Source of the DNA: Mytilus edulis
Taxonomy: Eukaryota
Reading direction: 5' to 3'
NCBI RefSeq assembly: GCF_963676685.1
Contig: NC_092345.1
Span: 32,240,001 to 32,304,000 of the forward strand
DNA length: 64,000 nt
In this document: piece by piece, positions 12,101 to 25,095 of the stretch
Layout of the letters: each line of letters starts with the position of its first letter
Numbering within the stretch: the first letter of the stretch is position 1
Translations under genes and position numbers: made by a program
The notes under the pieces: model-generated
Told to the model about the DNA's origin: nothing
Database searches by the model: none
The model's input: only the letters and a program-made list of their open reading frames with translations

Positions 12101-15100
12101 GGGTTATAGACATCATTAGGGTTAGGGTTATAGACATTATTAGGGTTAGGGTTATAGACATCATTAGGGTTAGGGTTATAGACATCATTAGGGTTAGCGT
12201 TATAGACAGAATTAGGGTTAGGGTTATAGACAGCATTAGGGTTAAGGTTATAGACATCATTAGGGTTATAGACATCATTAGGGTTATAGACATCATTAGG
12301 GTTAGGGTTATAGACATCAATAGGGTTATAGACATCATTAGGGTTAGGGTTATAGACATCATTAGGGTTAGGGTTATAGTCAGCATTAGGGTTAGGGTTA
12401 TAGACAGCATTAGTGTTAGGGTTATAGACATCATTAGGGCTAGGGTTATAGACATCATTAGGGTTTGGGTTATAGAGATCATTCAGGTTAGGGTTATAGA
12501 CAGCATTAGGGTAAGGGTTATACACAGCATTAGGGTTAGGGTTCTAGACATCATTAGGGTTACAGTATTGGCGTTAGGGTTGTAGACATCATTAGGGTTA
12601 AGGTTATAGACATTATTAGGGTTAGGGTTATAGACATCATTAGGGTTATCTACAGCATTAGGGTTAGGGTTATAGACAGCATTAGGGTAAGGGTTATAGA
12701 CAGCATTAGGGTTAGGGTTATAGACATCAATAGGGTTAGGGTTATAGACATTATTAGGGTTAGGGTTATAGACATCATTAGGGTTATCTACAGCATTAGG
12801 GTTAGGGTTATAGACAGCATTAGGGTAAGGGTTATAGACAGCATTAGGGTTAGGGTTATAGACATCAATAGGGTTAGGGTTATAGACATCATTAGGGTTA
12901 GGGTTATAGACATCATTAGGGTTAGGGTTATAGACATTATTAGGGTTAGGGTTATAGACAGCATTAAGGTTAGGGTTATAGACATCATTAGGGTTAGGGT
13001 TATAGACATCATTAGGGTTAGGGTTATAGACATCATTAGGATTAGGGTTATAGACAGCATTAGGGTTAGGGTTATAGACAGTATTAGGGTTAGGGTTATA
13101 GACATCATTAGGGTTATGGTTATAAACATCAATAGGGTTAGGGTTCTAGACAGCATTAGGGTTAGGTTAATAGACATCAATAGGGTAGGGTTATCTACAG
13201 CATTAGGGTTAGGGTTATAGACATCATTAGGTTTAGGGTTATAGCCAGCATTATGGTTAGGGTTATAGACATCAATAGGGTTCGGGTTATCTACTGCATT
13301 AGGGTTAGGGTTAAAGACAACATTAGGGTTAGGGTTATAGACAGCATTAGGGTTAGGGTTATAGACATCATTAGGGTTAGGGTTATAGACATCATTAGGG
13401 TTACAGCATTAGGGTTAGGGTTAGGGTTAGGGTTATGGTTAGGGTTATAGACATGAATAGGGTTAGGGTTATAGACATCATTAGGGTTAGGGTTATAGAC
13501 ATCATTAGGGTTAGGGTTATAGACATCATTAGGGTTAGGGTTATAGACATTATTAGGGTTAGGGTTATAGACATCATTAGGGTTACAGCATTAGGGTTAG
13601 GGTTATAGACAGCATTAAGGTTAGGGTTATAGACATCATTAGGGTTAGGGTTATAGACATTATTAGGGTTAGGGTTATAGACATCATTAGGGTTAGGGTT
13701 ATAGACATCATTAGGGTTAGCGTTATAGACAGAATTAGGGTTAGGGTTATAGACAGCATTAGGGTTAAGGTTATAGACATCATTAGGGTTATAGACATCA
13801 TTAGGGTTATAGACATCATTAGGGTTAGGGTTATAGACATCAATAGGGTTATAGACATCATTAGGGTTAGGGTTATAGACATCATTAGGGTTAGGGTTAT
13901 AGTCAGCATTAGGGTTAGGGTTATAGACAGCATTAGTGTTAGGGTTATAGACATCATTAGGGCTAGGGTTATAGACATCATTAGGGTTTGGGTTATAGAG
14001 ATCATTCAGGTTAGGGTTATAGACAGCATTAGGGTAAGGGTTATACACAGCATTAGGGCTAGGGTTATAGACATCATTAGGGTTACAGTATTGGCGTTAG
14101 GGTTGTAGACATCATTAGGGTTAAGGTTATAGACATTATTAGGGTTAGGGTTATAGACAGCATTAGGGTTAGGGTTATAGACAGCATTAGGATAAGGGTT
14201 ATAGACAGCATTAGGGTTAGGGTTATAGACATCAATAGGGTTAGGGTTAAAGACAGCATTAGGGTTAGGGTTATAGACAGCATTAGGGTTAGGATTATAG
14301 ACATCATTAGGGTTAGGGTTATAGTCAGCATTAGGGTTAGGGTTATAGACAGCATTAGTGTTAGGGTTATAGACATCATTAGGGCTAGGGTTATAGACAT
14401 CATTAGGGTTTGGGTTATAGAGATCATTCAGGTTAGGGTTATAGACAGCATTAGGGAAAGGGTCATACACAGCATTAGGGTTAGGGTTATAGACATCATT
14501 AGGGTTACAGCATTAGCGTTAGGGTTATAGACATCATTAGGGTTAGGGTTATAGACATTATTAGGGTTAGGGTTATAGACATCATTAGGGTTAGGGTTAT
14601 AGACATCATTAGGGTTAGGGTTATAGACAGCATTAGGGTTAGGGTTATAGACAGCATTAGGGTTAGGGTTATAGACATGAATAGGGTTAGGGTTATAGAC
14701 ATCATTAGGGTTAGGGTTATAGACATCATTAGGGTTAGGGTTATAGACATTATTAGGGTTAGGGTTATAGACATCATTAGGGTTAGGGTTATAGACATTA
14801 TTAGGGTTAGTGTGATCGACATCATTAGGGTTATCCACAGCATGAGGGTTAGGGTTATAGACAGCATTAGGGTTAGGGTTATAGAGATCATTCAGGTTAG
14901 GGTTATAGACAGCATTAGGGAAAGGGTCATACACAGCATTAGGGTTAGGGTTATAGACATCATTAGGGTTACAGCATTAGCGTTAGGGTTATAGACATCA
15001 TTAGGGTTAGGGTTATAGACATTATTAGGGTTAGGGTTATAGACATCATTAGGGTTAGGGTTATAGACATCATTAGGGTTAGGGTTATGGACATCATAAG

Positions 15101-18100
15101 GGTTAGGGTTATAGACATCATTAGGGTTAGGGTTATAGACATCAATAGGGTTATAGACATCATTAGGGTTAGGGTTATAGACATCATTAGGGTTAGGGTT
15201 ATAGACATCATTAGGGTTAGGGTTATAGACATCAATAGGGTTATAAACATAATTAGAGTTAGGGTTATAGACATCATTAGGGTTAGGGTTATAGACATCA
15301 TTAGGGTTAGGGTTATAGACATCATTAGGGTTAGGGTTAAAGACAGCTTTAGGGTTCGGGTTATAGACAGCATTAGGGTTAGGGTTATAGACATTATTAG
15401 GGTTAGGGTTATAGACGGCATTAGGGTTAGGGTTATAGGCATCATTAGGGTTAGGGTTAAAGACATCATTAGGGTTAGAGTTATAGACAGCATTAGGGTT
15501 AGGGTTATAGACATCATAAGGGTTAAGGTCATAGACATCATTAGGGTTATCTACAGCATTAGGGTTAGGGTTATAGACAGCATAAGGGTTAGGGTTATAG
15601 ACATCATTAGGGTTAAGGTTATAGACATCATAAGGGTTATAGACATCATTAGGGTTAGGGTTAGAGACATCAATAGGGTTATAGACATCATTAGGGTTAG
15701 GGTTATAGACATCATTAGGGTTAGGGTTATAGACATCAATAGGGTTATAAACATCATTAGGGTTAGGGTTATAGACATCATTAGGGTTAGGGTTATAGAC
15801 ATCATTAGGGTTAGGGTTATAGACATCATTAGGGTTAGGGTTATAGACATCATTAGGGTTAGGGTTAAAGACAGCTTTAGGGTTCGGGTTATAGACAGCA
15901 TTAGGGTTAGGGTTATAGACATCATTAGGGTTACAGCATTAGCGTTAGGGTTATAGACATCATTAGGGTTAGGGTTATAGACATTATTAGGGTTAGGGTT
16001 ATAGACATCATTAGGGTTAGGGTTATAGACATCATTAGGGTTAGGGTTATAGACAGCATTAGGGTTAGGGTTATAGACAGCATTAGGGTTAGGGTTATAG
16101 ACATGAATAGGGTTAGGGTTATAGACATCATTAGGGTTAGGGTTATAGACATCATTAGGGTTAGGGTTATAGACATTATTAGGGTTAGGGTTATAGACAT
16201 CATTAGGGTTATCTACAGCATTAAGGTTAGGGTTATAGACAGCATTAGGGTTAGGGTTATAGACATCATTAGGGTTAGGGTTATAGACATTATTAGGGTT
16301 AGGGTTATAGACATCATTAGGGTTAGGGTTATAGACATTATTAGGGTTAGTGTGATCGACATCATTAGGGTTATCCACAGCATGAGGGTTAGGGTTATAG
16401 ACAGCATTAGGGTTAGGGTTATGGACATCATAAGGGTTAGGGTTATAGACATGATTAGGGTTAGGGTTATAGACATCAATAGGGTTATAGACATCATTAG
16501 GGTTAGGGTTATAGACATCATTAGGGTTAGGGTTATAGACATCATTAGGGTTAGGGTTATAGACATCAATAGGGTTATAAACATAATTAGAGTTAGGGTT
16601 ATAGACATCATTAGGGTTAGGGTTATATACATCATTAGGGTTAGGGTTATAGACATCATTAGGGTTAGGGTTAAAGACAGCTTTAGGATTCGGGTTATAG
16701 ACAGCATTAGGGTTAGGGTTATAGACATTATTAGGGTTAGGGTTATAGACGGCATTAGGGTTAGGGTTATAGGCATCATTAGGGTTAGGGTTAAAGACAT
16801 CATTAGGGTTAGAGTTATAGACAGCATTAGGGTTAGGGTTATAGACATCATTAGGGTTAAGGTTATAGACATCATTAGGGTTATCTACAGCATTAGGGTT
16901 AGGGTTGTAGACAGCATAAGGGTTAGGGTTATAGACATCATTAGGGTTAAGGTTATAGACATCATAAGGGTTATAGACATCATTAGGGTTAGGGTTAGAG
17001 ACATCAATAGGGTTATAGACATCATTAGGGTTAGGGTTATAGACATCATTAGGGTTAGGGTTATAGACATCAATAGGGTTATAAACATCATTAGGGTTAG
17101 GGTTATAGACATCATTAGGGTTAGGGTTATAGACATCATTAGGGTTAGGGTTATAGACATCATTAGGGTTAGGGTTATAGACATCATTAGGGTTAGGGTT
17201 AAAGACAGCTTTAGGGTTCGGGTTATAGACAGCATTAGGGTTAGGGTTATAGACATCATTAGGGTTACAGCATTAGCGTTAGGGTTATAGACATCATTAG
17301 GGTTAGGGTTATAGACATTATTAGGGTTAGGGTTATAGACATCATTAGGGTTAGGGTTATAGACATCATTAGGGTTAGGGTTATAGACAGCATTAGGGTT
17401 AGGGTTATAGACAGCATTAGGGTTAGGGTTATAGACATCATTAGGGTTAGGGTTATAGACATCATTAGGGTTAGGGTTATAGACATCATTAGGGTTAGGG
17501 TTATAGACATTATTAGGGTTAGGGTTATAGACATCATTAGGGTTATCTACAACATTAAGGTTAGGGTTATAGACAGCATTAGGGTTAGGGTTATAGACAT
17601 CATTAGGGTTAGGGTTATATACATCATTAGGGTTAGGGTTATAGACATCATTAGGGTTAGGGTTAAAGACAGCTTTAGGGTTCGGGTTATAGACAGCATT
17701 AGGGTTAGGGTTATAGACATTATTAGGGTTAGGGTTATAGACGGCATTAGGGTTAGGGTTATAGGCATCATTAGGGTTAGGGTTAAAGACATCATTAGGG
17801 TTAGAGTTATAGACAGCATTAGGGTTAGGGTTATAGACATCATTAGGGTTAAGGTTATAGACATCATTAGGGTTATCTACAGCATTAGGGTTAGGGTTAT
17901 AGACAGCATAAGGGTTAGGGTTATAGACATCATTAGGGTTAAGGTTATAGACATCATAAGGGTTATAGACATCATTAGGGTTAGGGTTAGAGACATCAAT
18001 AGGGTTATAGACATCATTAGGGTTAGGGTTATAGACATCATTAGGGTTAGGGTTATAGACATCAATAGGGTTATAAACATCATTAGGGTTAGGGTTATAG

Positions 18101-21100
18101 ACATCATTAGGGTTAGGGTTATAGACATCATTAGGGTTAGGGTTATAGACATCATTAGGGTTAGGGTTATACACATCATTAGGGTTAGGGTTAAAGACAG
18201 CTTTAGGGTTCGGGTTATAGACAGCATTAGGGTTAGGGTTATAGACATCATTAGGGTTACAGCATTAGCGTTAGGGTTATAGACATCATTAGGGTTAGGG
18301 TTATAGACATTATTAGGGTTAGGGTTATAGACATCATTAGGGTTAGGGTTATAGACATCATTAGGGTTAGGGTTATAGACAGCATTAGGGTTAGGGTTAT
18401 AGACAGCATTAGGGTTAGGGTTATAGACATGAATAGGGTTAGGGTTATAGACATCATTAGGGTTAGGGTTATAGACATCATTAGGGTTAGGGTTATAGAC
18501 ATTATTAGGGTTAGGGTTATAGACATCATTAGGGTTATCTACAGCATTAAGGTTAGGGTTATAGACAGCATTAGGGTTAGGGTTATAGACATCATTAGGG
18601 TTAGGGTTATAGACATTATTAGGGTTAGGGTTATAGACATCATTAGGGTTAGGGTTATAGACATTATTAGGGTTAGTGTGATCGACATCATTAGGGTTAT
18701 CCACAGCATGAGGGTTAGGGTTATAGACAGCATTAGGGTTAGGGTTATGGACATCATAAGGGTTAGGGTTATAGACATGATTAGGGTTAGGGTTATAGAC
18801 ATCAATAGGGTTATAGACATCATTAGGGTTAGGGTTATAGACATCATTAGGGTTAGGGTTATAGACATCATTAGGGTTAGGGTTATAGACATCAATAGGG
18901 TTATAAACATAATTAGAGTTAGGGTTATAGACATCATTAGGGTTAGGGTTATATACATCATTAGGGTTAGGGTTATAGACATCATTAGGGTTAGGGTTAA
19001 AGACAGCTTTAGGGTTCGGGTTATAGACAGCATTAGGGTTAGGGTTATAGACATTATTAGGGTTAGGGTTATAGACGGCATTAGGGTTAGGGTTATAGGC
19101 ATCATTAGGGTTAGGGTTAAAGACATCATTAGGGTTAGAGTTATAGACAGCATTAGGGTTAGGGTTATAGACATCATTAGGGTTAAGGTTATAGACATCA
19201 TTAGGGTTATCTACAGCATTAGGGTTAGGGTTGTAGACAGCATAAGGGTTAGGGTTATAGACATCATTAGGGTTAAGGTTATAGACATCATAAGGGTTAT
19301 AGACATCATTAGGGTTAGGGTTAGAGACATCAATAGGGTTATAGACATCATTAGGGTTAGGGTTATAGACATCATTAGGGTTAGGGTTATAGACATCAAT
19401 AGGGTTATAAACATCATTAGGGTTAGGGTTATAGACATCATTAGGGTTAGGGTTATAGACATCATTAGGGTTAGGGTTATAGACATCATTAGGGTTAGGG
19501 TTATAGACATCATTAGGGTTAGGGTTAAAGACAGCTTTAGGGTTCGGGTTATAGACAGCATTAGGGTTAGGGTTATAGACATCATTAGGGTTACAGCATT
19601 AGCGTTAGGGTTATAGACATCATTAGGGTTAGGGTTATAGACATTATTAGGGTTAGGGTTATAGACATCATTAGGGTTAGGGTTATAGACATCATTAGGG
19701 TTAGGGTTATAGACAGCATTAGGGTTAGGGTTATAGACAGCATTAGGGTTAGGGTTATAGACATCATTAGGGTTAGGGTTATAGACATCATTAGGGTTAG
19801 GGTTATAGACATCATTAGGGTTAGGGTTATAGACATTATTAGGGTTAGGGTTATAGACATCATTAGGGTTATCTACAACATTAAGGTTAGGGTTATAGAC
19901 AGCATTAGGGTTAGGGTTATAGACATCATTAGGGTTAGGGTTATATACATCATTAGGGTTAGGGTTATAGACATCATTAGGGTTAGGGTTAAAGACAGCT
20001 TTAGGGTTCGGGTTATAGACAGCATTAGGGTTAGGGTTATAGACATTATTAGGGTTAGGGTTATAGACGGCATTAGGGTTAGGGTTATAGGCATCATTAG
20101 GGTTAGGGTTAAAGACATCATTAGGGTTAGAGTTATAGACAGCATTAGGGTTAGGGTTATAGACATCATTAGGGTTAAGGTTATAGACATCATTAGGGTT
20201 ATCTACAGCATTAGGGTTAGGGTTATAGACAGCATAAGGGTTAGGGTTATAGACATCATTAGGGTTAAGGTTATAGACATCATAAGGGTTATAGACATCA
20301 TTAGGGTTAGGGTTAGAGACATCAATAGGGTTATAGACATCATTAGGGTTAGGGTTATAGACATCATTAGGGTTAGGGTTATAGACATCAATAGGGTTAT
20401 AAACATCATTAGGGTTAGGGTTATAGACATCATTAGGGTTAGGGTTATAGACATCATTAGGGTTAGGGTTATAGACATCATTAGGGTTAGGGTTATACAC
20501 ATCATTAGGGTTAGGGTTAAAGACAGCTTTAGGGTTCGGGTTATAGACAGCATTAGGGTTAGGGTTATAGACATCATTAGGGTTACAGCATTAGCGTTAG
20601 GGTTATAGACATCATTAGGGTTAGGGTTATAGACATTATTAGGGTTAGGGTTATAGACATCATTAGGGTTAGGGTTATAGACATCATTAGGGTTAGGGTT
20701 ATAGACAGCATTAGGGTTAGGGTTATAGACAGCATTAGGGTTAGGGTTATAGACATGAATAGGGTTAGGGTTATAGACATCATTAGGGTTAGGGTTATAG
20801 ACATCATTAGGGTTAGGGTTATAGACATTATTAGGGTTAGGGTTATAGACATCATTAGGGTTATCTACAGCATTAAGGTTAGGGTTATAGACAGCATTAG
20901 GGTTAGGGTTATAGACATCATTAGGGTTAGGGTTATAGACATTATTAGGGTTAGTGTGATCGACATCATTAGGGTTATCCACAGCATGAGGGTTAGGGTT
21001 ATAGACAGCATTAGGGTTAGGGTTATGGACATCATAAGGGTTAGGGTTATAGACATCATTAGGGTTAGGGTTATAGACATCATTAGGGTTAGGGTTATAG

Positions 21101-22791
21101 ACATCATTAGGGTTAGGGTTATAGACATCAATAGGGTTATAAACATAATTAGAGTTAGGGTTATAGACATCATTAGGGTTAGGGTTATAGACATCATTAG
21201 GGTTAGGGTTATAGACATCATTAGGGTTAGGGTTAAAGACAGCTTTAGGGTTCGGGTTATAGACAGCATTAGGGTTAGGGTTATAGACATTATTAGGGTT
21301 AGGGTTATAGACGGCATTAGGGTTAGGGTTATAGGCATCATTAGGGTTAGGGTTAAAGACATCATTAGGGTTAGAGTTATAGACAGCATTAGGGTTAGGG
21401 TTATAGACATCATTAGGGTTAAGGTTATAGACATCATTAGGGTTATCTACAGCATTAGGGTTAGGGTTATAGACAGCATAAGGGTTAGGGTTATAGACAT
21501 CATTAGGGTTAAGGTTATAGACATCATAAGGGTTATAGACATCATTAGGGTTAGGGTTAGAGACATCAATAGGGTTATAGACATCATTAGGGTTAGGGTT
21601 ATAGACATCATTAGGGTTAGGGTTATAGACATCAATAGGGTTATAAACATCATTAGGGTTAGGGTTATAGACATCATTAGGGTTAGGGTTATAGACATCA
21701 TTAGGGTTAGGGTTATAGACATCATTAGGGTTAGGGTTATAGACATCATTAGGGTTAGGGTTAAAGACAGCTTTAGGGTTCGGGTTATAGACAGCATTAG
21801 GGTTAGGGTTATAGACATCATTAGGGTTAAGGTTAAAGACATCATTAGGGTTAGGGTTATAGACATCATTAGGGTTAAGGTTAAAGACATCATTAGGGTT
21901 AGGGTTATAGACATCATTAGGGTTATAGACATAATTAGGGTAGACATCATTAGGGTTATAGACATCATTAGGGTAGACATCATTAAGGTTATAGACATCA
22001 TTAGGGTTATAGACATCATTAGGGTTATAGACATCATTAGGCTTATAGTCATCATTAGGGTTATAGACATCATTAGGGTTATAGACATCATTAGAGTTAG
22101 GGTTATAGACATCATTAGGGTTACGGTTATAGACATCATTAGGGTTAAGGTTATAGACATCATTAGGGTTAGGGTTATAGACATCATTAGGGTTATAGAA
22201 CATCATTAGGGTTAGGGTTATAGACATCATTAGGGTTAGGGTTATAGACAGCATTAGGGTTAGGGTTGTAGACATCATTAGGGTTAAGGTTATAGACATC
22301 ATTAGGGTTAGGGTTATCGACAGCATTAGGGTTAGGGTTATAGACATCATTAGGGTTAGGGTTATAGACAGCATTAGGGTTAGGGTTATAGACATCAATA
22401 GGGTTAGGGTTATTTAATGCATTAGGGTTAGAGTTATAGACATCATTAGGTTTAGGGTTGTAGACAGCATTAGTGTTAGGGTTATAGACATCATTAGGGT
22501 TAGGGTTATAGACATTCTTAGGGTAAGGGTTATAGACATCATTAGTGTTATCTACAGCATTAGGGTTAGGGTTATAGACATCATTAGGGTTAGGGTTATA
22601 GACATCATTAGGGTTAGGGTTATAGACATCATTAGGGTTAGGGTTATAGACATCATTAGGGTTAGGGTTATAGACATCATTAGGGTTAGGGTTATATACA
22701 TCAATAGGGTTATAGACAGCATACGGGTTAAGGTTATAGACATCATTAGGGTTAGGGTTATAGACATCATTAGGGTTAGGGTTATAGACAA
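6192..22791 (+). repeat. 24-bp telomere-like satellite, main block (~16.6 kb) with higher-order repeats
   Basis: Continuous tandem units; rare variants recur at 1730/1731/1401/1523-bp spacing (6.9-13.3 kb) and at ~2.3-kb spacing (16-21 kb); 18-bp units (single TTAGGG) increase near 21.9-22.2 kb. Confidence 0.97.
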
Positions 22792-23208
22792 TGTAGATTA
22801 TTGCGTTGCGTTGTGTATTTGATCGTAAGCTAACTAAGGCGTTAAAGATAGAACTACGTCTGCCATTATACGTTTCTATTCAATACAACATAAAGTATAA
22901 CAATTACGCGACGTCACAAAGATAGCGGCCGTACCGCAAAAAGGTACGTTAATATTAGCGCAATTCTTAACATTCTGGGGCCGCAGAAAATGATATTTAA
23001 CTTAAATTTGAAATACAATATGAAAAATTCGTAAATTGTGACATAAAAAGAAATAAAATCATATTTAAAGTCTCTCAATAGTATTTTAACTGTTCACGTC
23101 TGAATAATTTAACACTTTTACAAGTCTATATAATAACTGGAGTTAATTGAACAGTCTATACATCCACTAATTTCTCCAGGGCAGAAAAGTTCTCCAGGGC
23201 AGAAAAGT

Positions 23209-24333
23209 TCATTCACTGTCATCATGTGTACTGCGTATTTCCAACGGATAGAGCTTCACAATCGGACGGTTGGTGATTCCTGTGTCGGTCTTGATAACAG
23301 CTGATCGAATGAGTCCATCCTTTCCACGAACTAAATCTTGTACAACTGCTAATTTCCACATTATACGATTTGTGTCATTGTGTACTTGTACAATGTCACC
23401 TATTTGTATTGTTTGTTCGTTTCTTCCAGATGTACGGTGGAATTCACGGAGTGACGTCAGATATTCGTGTTTCCATCTTGAGCGAAAATGGTTGATTAGT
23501 TCATTATTTCTCTGTAGATTTTTATTCAGTTTCACGTGCAAATCTTCGGAAGTAACACTGTCAATATTCTGATCCGATCGGTTGTCAAGTCGACGACCAT
23601 ATAAGAGGTGCGCTGGCGTCAGCGGTTCGGGATCTTTAATATCAGTAGAAATGTGAGTTATAGGACGATTGTTTAGAGTTCCCTCGAGTTCGATTATAAT
23701 TGTATTCAACATTTCCGTAGAGACACATGACTTTCCTAGTATTGCTTTAATTGACTTTTTCGTGAGTCCAATTAGGCGTTCCCAAAAGCCTCCAAACCAC
23801 GGTGCACGGTTGGGTATGAATTTCCACTCAGTTCCTTGATCGGCAAGTTTTTCTTGTATTCGGTTGTCTTGGCTTGATCTTGTAATCTTTTCGGCGGCTG
23901 CCTTGAAGGTTGTTGCATTATCGGACAACATAATCCTTGGTGTAGATCTCCTAGCAACAAATCTTTTAAAAGCAAGCATGAAAGACTCCTCGGTTAAATC
24001 TGTGACTATCTCCAAGTGTATAGCTCGTGTAGCGGCGCAAGTGAATAAACAAATATATGTTTTGCTTAATTCGTTGTGTTTTCCTTTTGTATACAAAGCT
24101 CCTGTGAAATCAACGCTGGTTACTGAAAAAGGATAATCGTAGTTGACTCGATCTTTAGGTAGCGGTGGCGGATCGGGTGCGCTGTAAGGCATTCCTGATA
24201 TTTTTATGCATTGGACGCATTTACGAATTTGTGATTTTACGCACTGCCTTATTCTCGGTATCCAATATTTCTGTTGAATATATGCGATTGTACTGTTACG
24301 TCCGGCATGTAAAGTCTTTGTGTGTGCATCCAT
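23209..24333 (-). CDS. Stand-alone BEL/Pao integrase ORF (374 aa from the ATG at 24333)
   Basis: HTKTLH...CVQC zinc finger, VDFTG / SDNA / WERL (DDE), C-terminal RPIVKLYPLE; no stops. The ORF track starts at an upstream TTG (24375). Expression unknown. Confidence 0.75.
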   Translation of the reverse strand: MDAHTKTLHAGRNSTIAYIQQKYWIPRIRQCVKSQIRKCVQCIKISGMPYSAPDPPPLPKDRVNYDYPFSVTSVDFTGALYTKGKHNELSKTYICLFTCAATRAIHLEIVTDLTEESFMLAFKRFVARRSTPRIMLSDNATTFKAAAEKITRSSQDNRIQEKLADQGTEWKFIPNRAPWFGGFWERLIGLTKKSIKAILGKSCVSTEMLNTIIIELEGTLNNRPITHISTDIKDPEPLTPAHLLYGRRLDNRSDQNIDSVTSEDLHVKLNKNLQRNNELINHFRSRWKHEYLTSLREFHRTSGRNEQTIQIGDIVQVHNDTNRIMWKLAVVQDLVRGKDGLIRSAVIKTDTGITNRPIVKLYPLEIRSTHDDSE

Positions 24334-24386
24334 TACGATTAAGGACGTAAGACTGTGGTGTGTTGGTAATAACAACGGATATTTAG

Positions 24387-24404
24387 ATCCTGGTCACGGC
24401 ACCA
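24387..24404 (-). promoter_or_regulatory. Primer binding site, tRNA-His
   Basis: TGGTGCCGTGACCAGGAT matches the complement of an invertebrate-type tRNA-His(GUG) 3' end, AUCCUGGUCACGGCACCA (recalled, not searched). Confidence 0.85.
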
Positions 24405-24586
24405 ATGTAGATTATTGCGTTGCGTTGTGTATTTGATCGTAAGCTAACTAAGGCGTTAAAGATAGAACTACGTCTGCCATTATACGTTTCTATTCAATAC
24501 AACATAAAGTATAACAATTACGCGACGTCACAAAGATAGCGGCCGTACCGCAAAAAGGTACGTTAATATTAGCGCAATTCTTAACA

Positions 24587-25095
24587 GACAGCATTAGGGT
24601 TAGGGTTATAGACATCAATAGGGTAGGGTTATCTACAGCATTAGGGTTAGGGTTATAGACATCATTAGGGTTAGGGTTATAGCCAGCATTAGGGTTAGGG
24701 TTATAGACATCAATAGGGTTAGGGTTATCTACTGCATTAGGGTTAGGGTTATAGACATCATTAGGGTTAGGGTTATAGACAGCATTAGGGTTAAGGTTAT
24801 AGACATCATTAGGGTTAGGGTTATAGCCAGCATTAGGGTTAGGGTTATAGGCATCAATAGGGTTAGGGTTATTTACTGCATTAGGGTTAGGGTTATAGAC
24901 ATCATTAGGGTTAGGGTTATAGACAGCATTAAGGTTAGGGTTATAGACATGATTAGGATTAGGGTTATAGACATCATTAGGGTTAAGGTTATAGACATCA
25001 TTAGGGTTAGGGTTATAGACATCATTAGTGTTAGGGTTATAGACATCATTAGGGTTAAGGTTATAAACATCATTAGGGTTAGGGTTATAGACATC
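24587..25095 (+). repeat. 24-bp telomere-like satellite between elements 2 and 3
   Basis: Same unit, with more variant copies. Confidence 0.95.

Larger units (their letters stand above)
22792..24586 (-). mobile_element. Non-autonomous BEL/Pao LTR element 2 retaining only integrase
   Basis: Identical 181-bp LTRs (22792-22972, 24406-24586), TG...CA; flanks GACAA/GACAG; 18-nt PBS TGGTGCCGTGACCAGGAT joined directly to integrase-coding sequence. Confidence 0.93.

Noticed and set aside
6120-22791. Dozens of long ORFs (RVRVIDII, TLTLMMSI, circumsporozoite-like NPNPNDVY)
   Set aside because: Translations of a 24-bp satellite in several frames and on both strands; no gene structure.
6192-22791. CRISPR-like repeat-spacer array
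   Set aside because: Spacers are not unique, the context is eukaryotic, and there are no cas genes.
23172-23207. 18-bp tandem duplication at the end of the element 2 integrase
   Set aside because: Real, but looks like a local slippage lesion that affects only the extreme C-terminal tail.
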